This document shows, piece by piece, positions 9,655 through 17,804 of a stretch of DNA of 38,106 bases. The position numbers were made by a program, and so were the translations under genes. Position 1 is the stretch's first letter, and every line of letters begins with the position of its first letter. The stretch lies in contig JAZKSB010000001.1 in NCBI GenBank assembly GCA_036626315.1, forward strand, positions 1-38,106. The letters run 5' to 3'. The notes below the pieces were generated by a model that saw only the letters and a program-made list of their open reading frames with translations, had not been told where the DNA came from and made no database searches. The stretch comes from Halobacteriales archaeon. GTDB lineage: Archaea; Halobacteriota; Halobacteria; Halobacteriales; PXRE01.

Positions 9655-10422
9655 ATGGACACGTTAGCTTGTGTAAAGCGGGTCGCCGACACCGGAGCCG
9701 AGATCATCCTGACGGACGACCGCCAGGACGTCGATGCGTCGATGGTGGGCTACACGATGGGCCCACACGAGGAGTGCGCCGTCGAGGAGGCCGTCCGAAC
9801 CGTCGAGGAGGAGGGCGGCACCAGCACGGTGCTGAGCCTCGGCCCCGAGGGCACCGACGACATCATCTACGAGGCCATCGGCCGCGGCGCCGACGAGGGC
9901 GTCTACCTCGAGACTGACGGCGACGAGGAGTGGGGGCCGAAGGCAACCGCCGACGCCGTCGCCAACGCAATCGGCGAGGTCTCCGAGGGCGAACTGGACT
10001 TCGACGTCCTGTTTTTCGGCAACGAGTCGGGCGACAACGCCAACTACCAGGTCGGCATCCGGGTGGCCGAGGCGCTCGACCTCCCGGTCGTGACCGGCAT
10101 CAAGGAGTTCGATGTCGAAGGTGATACCGTGGTCGCGAAGCAGGAGGTCCCCGGCGGGTCGAAGGTCTTCGAGGTCGAGACCCCCGCGGTCGTCACCGTC
10201 AAGGAGGGGCTCAACACCCCCCGATACCCGTCGATGCGCAGCCAGATGCGCGCCAAACAGCAGGAACTCGAACGCATCGAGCCCGAAAAGCCCGGCGAGG
10301 GCCTGCAGATGGTCGAACTCGAAGTCCCCGAGTCGGACGACAGCGAGGCCGAGATCCTCGGGGAGGGCCCCGAGGCCGTCGATGAGGCCGTCGAGGTCAT
10401 GCAGGAACTGGAGGTGCTCTGA
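9655..10422 (+). CDS. etfB: Electron transfer flavoprotein, beta subunit
   Basis: 255 aa. It begins MDTLACVKRV, which matches the typical ETF-beta start, and carries the NTPRYPSMRSQM recognition-loop motif. Only 2 nt separate it from etfA. Confidence 0.9.
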   Translation: MDTLACVKRVADTGAEIILTDDRQDVDASMVGYTMGPHEECAVEEAVRTVEEEGGTSTVLSLGPEGTDDIIYEAIGRGADEGVYLETDGDEEWGPKATADAVANAIGEVSEGELDFDVLFFGNESGDNANYQVGIRVAEALDLPVVTGIKEFDVEGDTVVAKQEVPGGSKVFEVETPAVVTVKEGLNTPRYPSMRSQMRAKQQELERIEPEKPGEGLQMVELEVPESDDSEAEILGEGPEAVDEAVEVMQELEVL

Positions 10423-10424
10423 CG

Positions 10425-11390
10425 ATGGTGCTCGCATACGTCGAACACGACGACGGCGAGGTCGCGGAGACCTCCCTGGAGATGCTCACGCTGGCGCGGG
10501 ACGTCGCCGAGCAGGTCGGCGAGGACGTCGACGCCGCGGTCTTCGACAGCGAGGAGGTCGCCGCGGACCTTGGCGAGTACGGCGTCGACACCGTCCACGT
10601 CGTCGAGGGGCGGGTCACCGAGACCTACGCCCCCGAGGCGCGGGCCGAGTCGCTCATGGCGCTGATCAACGACCTGGACCCCGATGCGGTGCTGGGTGGC
10701 GGTTCGGACCCGGTCCACGAGGTGCTGGCCCACGTCGCCGCGAAGGCGGACCTGCCGATGGCGACCAACACCACGTCGGTCGACGCCGGCGAGCCCTACG
10801 AACTCCGGCGCCAGCGCTGGGGCGGCAGCCTCGTCGAACACGCCGAAATGACCGGCGAGACCAAACTCCTGACGACGCCGGAACACGAGGTGTCGATCGA
10901 GGCCGTCGGCGGCGACGAGCCGGGGGTCGAGACCGTCGCCCCCGACGTCTCCGAGGACGCGTTCCGGGTCACCCTCGACCGGTTCGAGGAGTCCGACATC
11001 GAGGGCGTCCCGCTGTCGGAGGCCCGGGTCGTCGTCGGCGGCGGCCGCGGCGTCGGCGGCGCCGAGGAGTTCGAACAGCTCGAGGAGCTCGCGGACCTAA
11101 TCGAAAACGCGACCGTCGGTTCGAGCCGCATCGCGGTCGACGAGGGCTGGCGGCCCCACGACGACCAGATCGGCCAGACCGGCCAGAAGATCTCGCCGGA
11201 CCTGTACATCGCCGCCGGCATCAGCGGCGCGGTCCAGCACTGGGTCGGCGCGAAGGGAGCCGAGAACGTGCTGGCGATCAACACCGACCCCGAGGCGGCG
11301 ATCATGTACAAGGGTGACTACGCCATCGTCGGCGACCTCCACGAGGTCGTCCCCGAACTGATCGACCGGATCGAACAGGAGCAGGGCTGA
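10425..11390 (+). CDS. etfA: Electron transfer flavoprotein, alpha subunit
   Basis: 321 aa. The C-terminal FAD-binding region (GQTGQKISPDLYIAAGISGAVQHWVGA, AINTDPEAAI) is typical of ETF-alpha. Confidence 0.9.
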   Translation: MVLAYVEHDDGEVAETSLEMLTLARDVAEQVGEDVDAAVFDSEEVAADLGEYGVDTVHVVEGRVTETYAPEARAESLMALINDLDPDAVLGGGSDPVHEVLAHVAAKADLPMATNTTSVDAGEPYELRRQRWGGSLVEHAEMTGETKLLTTPEHEVSIEAVGGDEPGVETVAPDVSEDAFRVTLDRFEESDIEGVPLSEARVVVGGGRGVGGAEEFEQLEELADLIENATVGSSRIAVDEGWRPHDDQIGQTGQKISPDLYIAAGISGAVQHWVGAKGAENVLAINTDPEAAIMYKGDYAIVGDLHEVVPELIDRIEQEQG

Positions 11391-11568
11391 CCGGTCCGGA
11401 GCGCCGGCGGTCCCGTCCGCCCCGACTGCTCGGCGGCTCCGGTCCGGCGTCCCTCGCTCGGCGGTGATCCGCAGGCTGCGACCTGCTGCAGTCGGCCGGT
11501 GCGACGATCCGTTGCGGACCTTTCGTGTCCGGCGGCGGTTTCGTGACAGTTCTTGCGCCCGCAGAAAG

Positions 11569-11575
11569 CTATTAA
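11569..11575 (+). promoter_or_regulatory. TATA-like box (CTATTAA), about 30 nt upstream of ATG 11602 (leaderless-type promoter)
   Basis: The context is aaagCTATTAAcacc. The spacing to the ATG matches other genes in this window and supports start 11602 rather than ORF-track start 11464. Confidence 0.4.
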
Positions 11576-11601
11576 CACCGGGTCTCCCCAGGGTGACTTG
11601 C

Positions 11602-12255
11602 ATGAACGACGTGGAGCACATCGTCATCGCGGGGGGCGGCCGGGTCGGCCGACGAGTCGCCGAACACTTCGCCGACCGCGGGAGCGACGTCACGGTCATC
11701 GAACAGGATGAGGACGCCATCGAGGCAGCCGGCGACCTCGCGGGCGTCGAGTGCGTCAACGGCGACGCGACCAAGCCCTCGACGCTCCGGACGGCGCTCT
11801 CCGAGGAGACGACCGTCCTCGGTGCCCTGACCGAACGCGAGGACACCAACCTCGCGATCTGCATGGCCGCCAAGCAACTGGCGCCGGAGATCAAGACGGT
11901 CGCACGGATCGAGGAGGCGGGCGCCGACGAGTACACCGAGTACGTCGACGCCGTCTACTTCCCCGAGCGCGCGAGCATCAAGGCCGCGATCAACGCCCTC
12001 TCCGGCAGCGACGTCCGGACGCTGGAGGGGGTGACCGGCGACCTGGAGGTGCTCGACGTTCGGATGGACTTCGACGCCCCCGCCGCCGGAGAGGTCGTCT
12101 CCGAGGTGCTCCCGGAGGGGTCGATCGTGATCTCCCGGACGGACGGCCATGTGACCGTCCAGCACTCGACGAAACTGGTTGCGGGTCGGCGCTACCTCGT
12201 CGCCGCCGACGACGAGGTCGTCGACGACGTGATCCGGGCGTTCCGGGGCGACTGA
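11602..12255 (+). CDS. TrkA-like RCK protein (TrkA-N NAD-binding plus TrkA-C domains), potassium transport/channel regulator
   Basis: 217 aa from the internal Met of ORF 11464..12255. It begins MNDVEHIVIAGGGRVGRRVAEHF (GxGxxG Rossmann motif) and has a C-terminal TrkA-C-like segment. Confidence 0.8.
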   Translation: MNDVEHIVIAGGGRVGRRVAEHFADRGSDVTVIEQDEDAIEAAGDLAGVECVNGDATKPSTLRTALSEETTVLGALTEREDTNLAICMAAKQLAPEIKTVARIEEAGADEYTEYVDAVYFPERASIKAAINALSGSDVRTLEGVTGDLEVLDVRMDFDAPAAGEVVSEVLPEGSIVISRTDGHVTVQHSTKLVAGRRYLVAADDEVVDDVIRAFRGD

Positions 12256-12257
12256 AT

Positions 12258-12824
12258 CTACCGGTTCTCGGTCGCCCACCGCTGCCAGAGCGCCCGGTAG
12301 ACCGTCCGGAGGTCACTGCCACACCGGTCGGCGACGTCCCGGCACGCGGATAGATACCGCTCGTAGTCCCCGGCGTCCGGTTCGGCGGGATAGGCCGCGT
12401 CCAGTTCGCCCGCGTTCCGGAGCACCGTCCACTCGCGGGCCGACATGACCAGGTAGGCCTCGGGGTCGAGAAATTGCAGGAACGCCGACGCGACCGGCAC
12501 GTCGACGCCGGACAGGGTCGTCAGCGCCTCGAGTTTTGCCCTGGTCTCGGCGGCGTCTGCCGCCTCCGCGATGGCGTCCCGGACGGCCTCGTAGTCGTTG
12601 TCGCCGTAGGCGGATTCGCGTTCCCGTCGGGCGGCGTCGGGGTACGTCCCGAGGAACCGACGGTAGAACCACTGGTCGATCCACTCGGCGTCCCGCCAGC
12701 CGAAGTCGCCCGCCGCCAGAGCCGACGGGAGCATTTCGTAGTGCTCGTCCTCGATGGCGGCGAGCGGCTGGGTGTCGTGGTAGTCGTCCGCGAGCGCCTC
12801 GACGGTGTCGGGGGTCAGCGCCAT
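12258..12824 (-). CDS. Hypothetical acidic protein (188 aa), function unknown
   Basis: Taken from internal Met46 of ORF 12258..12959 (MALTPDTVEALADDYHD...). Composition is acidic and GC3 is high. The upstream 45 codons are Arg/Pro/Thr-rich and look non-coding. I recognised no family. Confidence 0.55.
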   Translation of the reverse strand: MALTPDTVEALADDYHDTQPLAAIEDEHYEMLPSALAAGDFGWRDAEWIDQWFYRRFLGTYPDAARRERESAYGDNDYEAVRDAIAEAADAAETRAKLEALTTLSGVDVPVASAFLQFLDPEAYLVMSAREWTVLRNAGELDAAYPAEPDAGDYERYLSACRDVADRCGSDLRTVYRALWQRWATENR

Positions 12825-12995
12825 CGTGCCGGATGGTGCCGCCGCGGCGGGGTGAGTGTTTCGCCGTGGCGACCGGATGCACGACGTCACGGTTCCGGTA
12901 CCGTTTCCAGCAGTGGGAGAAACTTTCATGCCGGTGGGAACCTCACCTCGAACCGGCACGTCCAGACATTGGGGGCGCGGCCGGGAGATTCAGTC

Positions 12996-15101
12996 ATGTC
13001 AAGCGAGAACGAACCCGTCAAGACCATCTGTCCGTACTGTGGCGTCGGCTGTGGAATACAGGTACAGCCGGGCGAGGAGCCCGGCGACATGCAGTTCAGG
13101 CCCTGGGGGGACGCCCCCGTCAACGAGGGCCGGGTCTGCATCAAGGGGGGCGCGGCGACGGAAGTCGTCGACCACGAGGATCGACTGACCGACCCGCTGA
13201 TCAGGGAGGACGGCGAGTTCCGGCAGGCGACCTGGGAGGAGGCCATCTCGCGGGTCGTCGACGAACTGGAGCGAATCCGCGAGGAGCACGAGCCCGACGC
13301 CATGGGCTTTTACGGCTCCTCGAAGACGATGAACGAGGAGAACTACCTGATCCAGAAGCTCGCCCGCCGGTACGGCACCAACAACGTCGACAACTGCACC
13401 CGGATGTGTCACGCCTCGACGGTGTACTCGCTGCGGGAGAGTCTGGGCGCCGGCGCGATGACCAACAGCATGAAAGACCTCCGGGAGGAGGCCGACGTGC
13501 TCTGGATCCAGGGCGCCAATCCCGGGGAGCAACACCCGATCGCGAACAGCGTCTACTTCAGGCAGGCAGTCAACGAGGGCGCGACCGTCATCCAGGTCGA
13601 CCCTCACGCCAACAAGACGACCCGGTCGTTCGACGTTGAGGAGACCGACCGACACATGCTTATCCAGCCGGATCCCGGCACCGACATTCCGCTTCTGAAC
13701 GTCGTGCTCAAGACGGTCCTGGACAACGGCTGGATCGACGAGGAGTTCATCGAGGCGCGCACGAAGGGCTTCGAGGACCTGAAAGAGACCCTGGACGGCT
13801 TCGACAAGGCCGAGGCCGCAGAGACCGCCGGCGTGCCCCTCGAAGACATCGAGCGGGCCGCCGAGAAGTACGCGACGGCGGACAACGCGGCCATCTTCAC
13901 CGGGATGGGGATGAGCCAGCACACCTGCGGCGTCGACAACGTCCAGAACGAGATCAACCTCGCGCTGGTCACCGGGAACCTCGGGCGGCCCGGAACGGGT
14001 GTCAACCCGCTTCGCGGCCAGAACAACGTCCAGGGCACCTCCGACGTCGGCACGATGCCGAACGTCCTCCCCGGCTACCAGCCAGTCGACGACGACGAGG
14101 CCCGCGAAAGCGTCGAGGAGGTCTGGGGCTTCGAGATCCCCGACGAACCCGGCCTGACCAACGTCGAGATCTCCCACGAGGCCGGCGACTCGGTCCACGG
14201 GCTGTACGTCATGGGCGAAAACCCCGTGATGAGCGAACCCGACGCCCTCCGGGTCGAGGAACGGCTCCAGAAACTGGAGTTCATCGTCGTTCAGGACATC
14301 TTCATGACCGAGACGGCGGAGTACGCCGACGTGATCCTGCCGGCGACCACGTGGGCCGAGCGCGGCGGCACCGTCACCAACACCGACCGGCGCGTCCAGC
14401 GAATGCGGCCGGTCCGGAAGGTCCACGAGAACACCCGCCACGACCTCGACATCCTGATGGAGGTCGGCACCCGGCTGTTCGGCGACGGCTTCGAGTTCGA
14501 GGACATCGAGGCGGTGTTCGAGGAACTCCGCCAGGTCGCCCCCATCTACCACGGGATGACCTACGACGCGCTGGGCGAGGAGGGCATCCAGTGGCCCTGC
14601 TACGAACCCGGCGACGAGGGCGACCAGTACCTCTACGAGGATTCCTTTGACACCGACGACGGCCTGGGCAAGATCGAGGGCGTCCGCCACCAGCCCCCGA
14701 AGGAGACCCCCGACGAGGAGTACCCGCTCATCCTGACGACCGCCAGGCTGGAGGAACACTACAACACGGGGACGATGAGTCGGCGCTCGCCGACGCTGAA
14801 GCGCCAGCACCCCGAGAACTTCGTCGACATCCACCCCAGCGACGCCGAGCGCTACGGCGTCGAGGACGGCGACACGGTGACGATCTCCTCGCGCCGCGGG
14901 GAGATCGACGTGAAGGCCCAGGTGACCGAGGACATCAAGGAGGGGACCATCTGGACGACCCCGCACTTCGCCGCCGCCTCGGCCAACATCCTCACCAACG
15001 ACGTGCTCGACGAGCGGGCGAAGATCCCCGAGTACAAGGCCGCCGCCGCCGAGATAGAGGTCGACATCGAGGCGGACGAGGGTGCTACCGCCGACGACTG
15101 A
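12996..15101 (+). CDS. fdhA: Formate dehydrogenase alpha subunit-like molybdopterin (bis-MGD) oxidoreductase, Cys type
   Basis: 701 aa from internal ATG 12996 (MSSENEPVKTICPYCGVGCGIQV, the N-terminal 4Fe-4S CxxCxxxC motif). The segment NCTRMCHAST puts a Cys codon (TGT, 13407-13409, residue 138) where Sec-type FDHs carry U. A C-terminal molybdopterin dinucleotide-binding barrel is present. Confidence 0.82.
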   Translation: MSSENEPVKTICPYCGVGCGIQVQPGEEPGDMQFRPWGDAPVNEGRVCIKGGAATEVVDHEDRLTDPLIREDGEFRQATWEEAISRVVDELERIREEHEPDAMGFYGSSKTMNEENYLIQKLARRYGTNNVDNCTRMCHASTVYSLRESLGAGAMTNSMKDLREEADVLWIQGANPGEQHPIANSVYFRQAVNEGATVIQVDPHANKTTRSFDVEETDRHMLIQPDPGTDIPLLNVVLKTVLDNGWIDEEFIEARTKGFEDLKETLDGFDKAEAAETAGVPLEDIERAAEKYATADNAAIFTGMGMSQHTCGVDNVQNEINLALVTGNLGRPGTGVNPLRGQNNVQGTSDVGTMPNVLPGYQPVDDDEARESVEEVWGFEIPDEPGLTNVEISHEAGDSVHGLYVMGENPVMSEPDALRVEERLQKLEFIVVQDIFMTETAEYADVILPATTWAERGGTVTNTDRRVQRMRPVRKVHENTRHDLDILMEVGTRLFGDGFEFEDIEAVFEELRQVAPIYHGMTYDALGEEGIQWPCYEPGDEGDQYLYEDSFDTDDGLGKIEGVRHQPPKETPDEEYPLILTTARLEEHYNTGTMSRRSPTLKRQHPENFVDIHPSDAERYGVEDGDTVTISSRRGEIDVKAQVTEDIKEGTIWTTPHFAAASANILTNDVLDERAKIPEYKAAAAEIEVDIEADEGATADD

Positions 15102-15143
15102 GATCGGGTCGCCAACTTCTCCTGGCCGCCGGTCGAGCGGACC

Positions 15144-16940
15144 TTACGCCCCGCCGTGGTCCGGCGCGATTGGCTCCTCCGCGACGGGCGTGTGCTCGTC
15201 GACGGCGCCGAGCAGGTCCAGACGCTCCAGCACAGGCTCCGAGGGAATGCCCTCCCGGCTCCAGCCCCGGGCGGCGTAGTAGCGCGACAGAAGCGACTGG
15301 AACCGGTCGACGTCGATCGCCCGCTCCCGCTCGGAGCCGTCCGCCAGCGGCCTGGCGAATAGTTTGGGAAGCGCGTCGTCGCTGCGGTCGAACCCCTCCC
15401 GGACGTTGAACAGCCGTGCGAGCGTCCAGACCCGCTGGCCCACGCGGTAGAGTTCGGTCGGCGTGTACTCCAGGCCGACCGCCCGGAGCCACTCGGCGCC
15501 CAGGTCGTCCCACAGCAGTTCGCCCACGAAGTCGTCGGCGACCAGGCTCCACAGGACCGACCGGACCGTCTGGCCGTGGTAGACGACCTCGACGCGGTCG
15601 GCGTCGGTCCAGGCCTCGCCCTCGAACGGCTCGACCTCGACCGGGCGGGCCCGCCGGTGGCACGCCCCTCGGTCGCTGGTCGCGTACGCGAGCGTCATCC
15701 CGAAGGTCCCGCGGGGGTCGTAGGCGGGGAGTTCGGCGGACTTCACCGTCGGGATCAGTTCGCCGCCGCCGAACCGCTCGCCGGCGGCGTCGACGCCCTC
15801 CGCGAGCGCTTCCCCGAGCGACCCCTCCCTGCGGGCGATCTCCTCGATGAGTTCCCGCGCGGCCTCGCCGTCGCCGAAGGACGGCGAGCGGTCGAGGTAG
15901 CCGGCGTCGCCGGCCCGGACCGCCCACGCCACGGCGTTGCCGGCGCTAATGACGTCCAGACCGAGCCGGTCGCAGGTCTCCCCCAGTGTGGCGACGGCGT
16001 CGAAGTCGTCGATGCCGAGACCCGCGCCCAGCGTCATCGGGGTCGCCCCGCGGGGGATGTGGTCGCCGTCCTCGGTCTCGACCCGAAAGCCGCCGGGGAC
16101 GGCGGCGTCCTCGCGTTCGCGCTCGGTGGCCGCCGCCTTGACGGCCTCGATGCCGACGTCGTCGGTTCCCTCGAACCGGCCGTCCTGCCACCCCCGCGAT
16201 GGGAGGACGCCGACCTCGTCCGCGAAGTCGATCGTCTCGACGGTCCCCCCGGCGGCCTGCCACCGGCCGGTGTCGTCCTCGCTGTAGCGCTCGGCGTATT
16301 CGGCCCGCAGATCCGCCAGCGCGTCCGGACGCTCGCCCCGGGCGACCACGGCCTTCAGTCGCTTCGCGCCCATGACGGCGCCGGCGCCGCCCCGGCCGGC
16401 CTGGTGGTCGCCGCCGTCGGAGGCGACGGTCGCGAAGTGGACTTCGTGTTCGCCCGCGGGACCGATGCCGGCCACCGACCAGTCCGGGAACGCGTCGTCG
16501 ATCTCGACGGCGTCGCTCCCCCACAGGTCCGGCCTGGTCCGGAGTTCGGCGGTTCCGTCCTCGACGGCCAGCACGGTCGGTTCGTCGGCCTGCCCCGTGA
16601 TCAGGACGCCGACGTGGGCGCCTAGCGCGCCCACCAGTGACGACGCGAACTCGCCGCCGGAGTAGGAATCCAGGAACGTCCCCGTCAGCGGCGACTTCGT
16701 CACCGCCGCGTAGCGGACCTCCCCCGGCAGCAGCCCCGACAGCGGCCCCGACATGAAAAGCAGGGCGTTCTCCTGGCCCAGCGGGTCGGCGCCGGCGGGT
16801 ACGGCGTCGTAGAGATACCGAACGCCCAGGCCCTTGCCGCCGAGATACCGCTCCAGCCACCGGTCGGGGACCGGTTCGCTCTCGACCGTTCCGGCGGAGA
16901 GGTCGACCCGGAGGATGCGGTCGGGGACCGCCACTGTCAT
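15144..16940 (-). CDS. aor: Aldehyde:ferredoxin oxidoreductase family (tungstopterin enzyme)
   Basis: 598 aa. The N-terminus ILRVDLSAGTVESEPVPDRWLERYLGGKGLGVRYLYD and the overall AOR_N/AOR domain pattern match the family. Confidence 0.88.
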   Translation of the reverse strand: MTVAVPDRILRVDLSAGTVESEPVPDRWLERYLGGKGLGVRYLYDAVPAGADPLGQENALLFMSGPLSGLLPGEVRYAAVTKSPLTGTFLDSYSGGEFASSLVGALGAHVGVLITGQADEPTVLAVEDGTAELRTRPDLWGSDAVEIDDAFPDWSVAGIGPAGEHEVHFATVASDGGDHQAGRGGAGAVMGAKRLKAVVARGERPDALADLRAEYAERYSEDDTGRWQAAGGTVETIDFADEVGVLPSRGWQDGRFEGTDDVGIEAVKAAATEREREDAAVPGGFRVETEDGDHIPRGATPMTLGAGLGIDDFDAVATLGETCDRLGLDVISAGNAVAWAVRAGDAGYLDRSPSFGDGEAARELIEEIARREGSLGEALAEGVDAAGERFGGGELIPTVKSAELPAYDPRGTFGMTLAYATSDRGACHRRARPVEVEPFEGEAWTDADRVEVVYHGQTVRSVLWSLVADDFVGELLWDDLGAEWLRAVGLEYTPTELYRVGQRVWTLARLFNVREGFDRSDDALPKLFARPLADGSERERAIDVDRFQSLLSRYYAARGWSREGIPSEPVLERLDLLGAVDEHTPVAEEPIAPDHGGA

Positions 16941-17086
16941 CGGTGTTCCGTACTGGCCGGAGATGCTAAAACCGTTCCCTCCCGGTCGGTTCTCGGCCCG
17001 GGGGCACTCGACTGGACGTGCGGCGCGCTGGGCCGGCGGCCCCGCCGTTCGGAAGCGTCTTGCCGTCCCCCGCCGAACCCGCGGCC

Positions 17087-17710
17087 ATGCACAGCGGGGT
17101 CATCGTCGCGGGCGGTCGCTCGACCCGGTTCGGCGACGCCGACAAGGCCGTCGCCCCGCTCGCGGGGACGCCGATGGTCCGCCGGGTCGCCGAACGGATC
17201 GAACCGGTCGTCGAGGAACTCGTGGTGAACGGCCGGCCGGACCAGATGTCGGCCCTCCGGGACGCGATGGCGGGGTACGGCCTCGAGGTATTGTACGCGG
17301 AAGACGAGCGGGTGGACCGGGGCCCGATGGCGGGCATCCGGAACGGCCTGCGGGCCGCCGACGGCGAGTACGCCTTCGTGGTCGCGTGTGACATGCCGTT
17401 CGTCTCGCCGGACCTGGCGGCGTTTCTGTTCGAACGGGCGACGGGTCACGACGCCGCCATTCCCCGGACGGACGACGGGTGGTACCAGACCACCCAGGCG
17501 GTCTACCGGGCCGACGCGATGGCCGACGCCTGCGAGGCGGCACTTGCCGACGGCGAGCGCCGGATCGTCGCCCCCATCGAGCGCCTGGACGACGTGGTCG
17601 AGGTCTCCGAGGACGAGATATCCGCGGTCGCCTCGATGGACTCCTTCGAGAACGTCAACACCCGCGAGGAGTTCGAGGACGCGGCCCGCCGGATCGGCGG
17701 CGGCGAGTGA
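17087..17710 (+). CDS. mobA: Molybdenum cofactor guanylyltransferase
   Basis: 207 aa from internal Met24 of ORF 17018..17710. It begins MHSGVIVAGGRSTRFGDADKA (the GGxSxRxG-DK motif) and contains VVACDMPF. Confidence 0.8.
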   Translation: MHSGVIVAGGRSTRFGDADKAVAPLAGTPMVRRVAERIEPVVEELVVNGRPDQMSALRDAMAGYGLEVLYAEDERVDRGPMAGIRNGLRAADGEYAFVVACDMPFVSPDLAAFLFERATGHDAAIPRTDDGWYQTTQAVYRADAMADACEAALADGERRIVAPIERLDDVVEVSEDEISAVASMDSFENVNTREEFEDAARRIGGGE

Positions 17711-17804
17711 GGTGGATGGTCCGCTGGACGGGCGGCGAGTGAGGCGGGCGGCACGTCGGATCACCGGGAGTGACGGCGGCGTTTGCCTCCGCCGTCGGGT
17801 CCGT

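Noticed and set aside
12903-12923. GTTTCCAGCAGTGGGAGAAAC, which resembles the archaeal origin-recognition-box core (TCCAGTGGAAAC-like)
   Set aside because: It is a single imperfect copy with no repeated ORBs, no A/T-rich unwinding element and no adjacent orc1/cdc6 gene. I treat it as a possible operator dyad, not an origin.
13407-13409. Possible selenocysteine recoding in the formate dehydrogenase
   Set aside because: The codon at the Sec-equivalent position (residue 138, context TRMCHAST) is TGT (Cys). The reading frame has no in-frame TGA, so this is a Cys-type enzyme.
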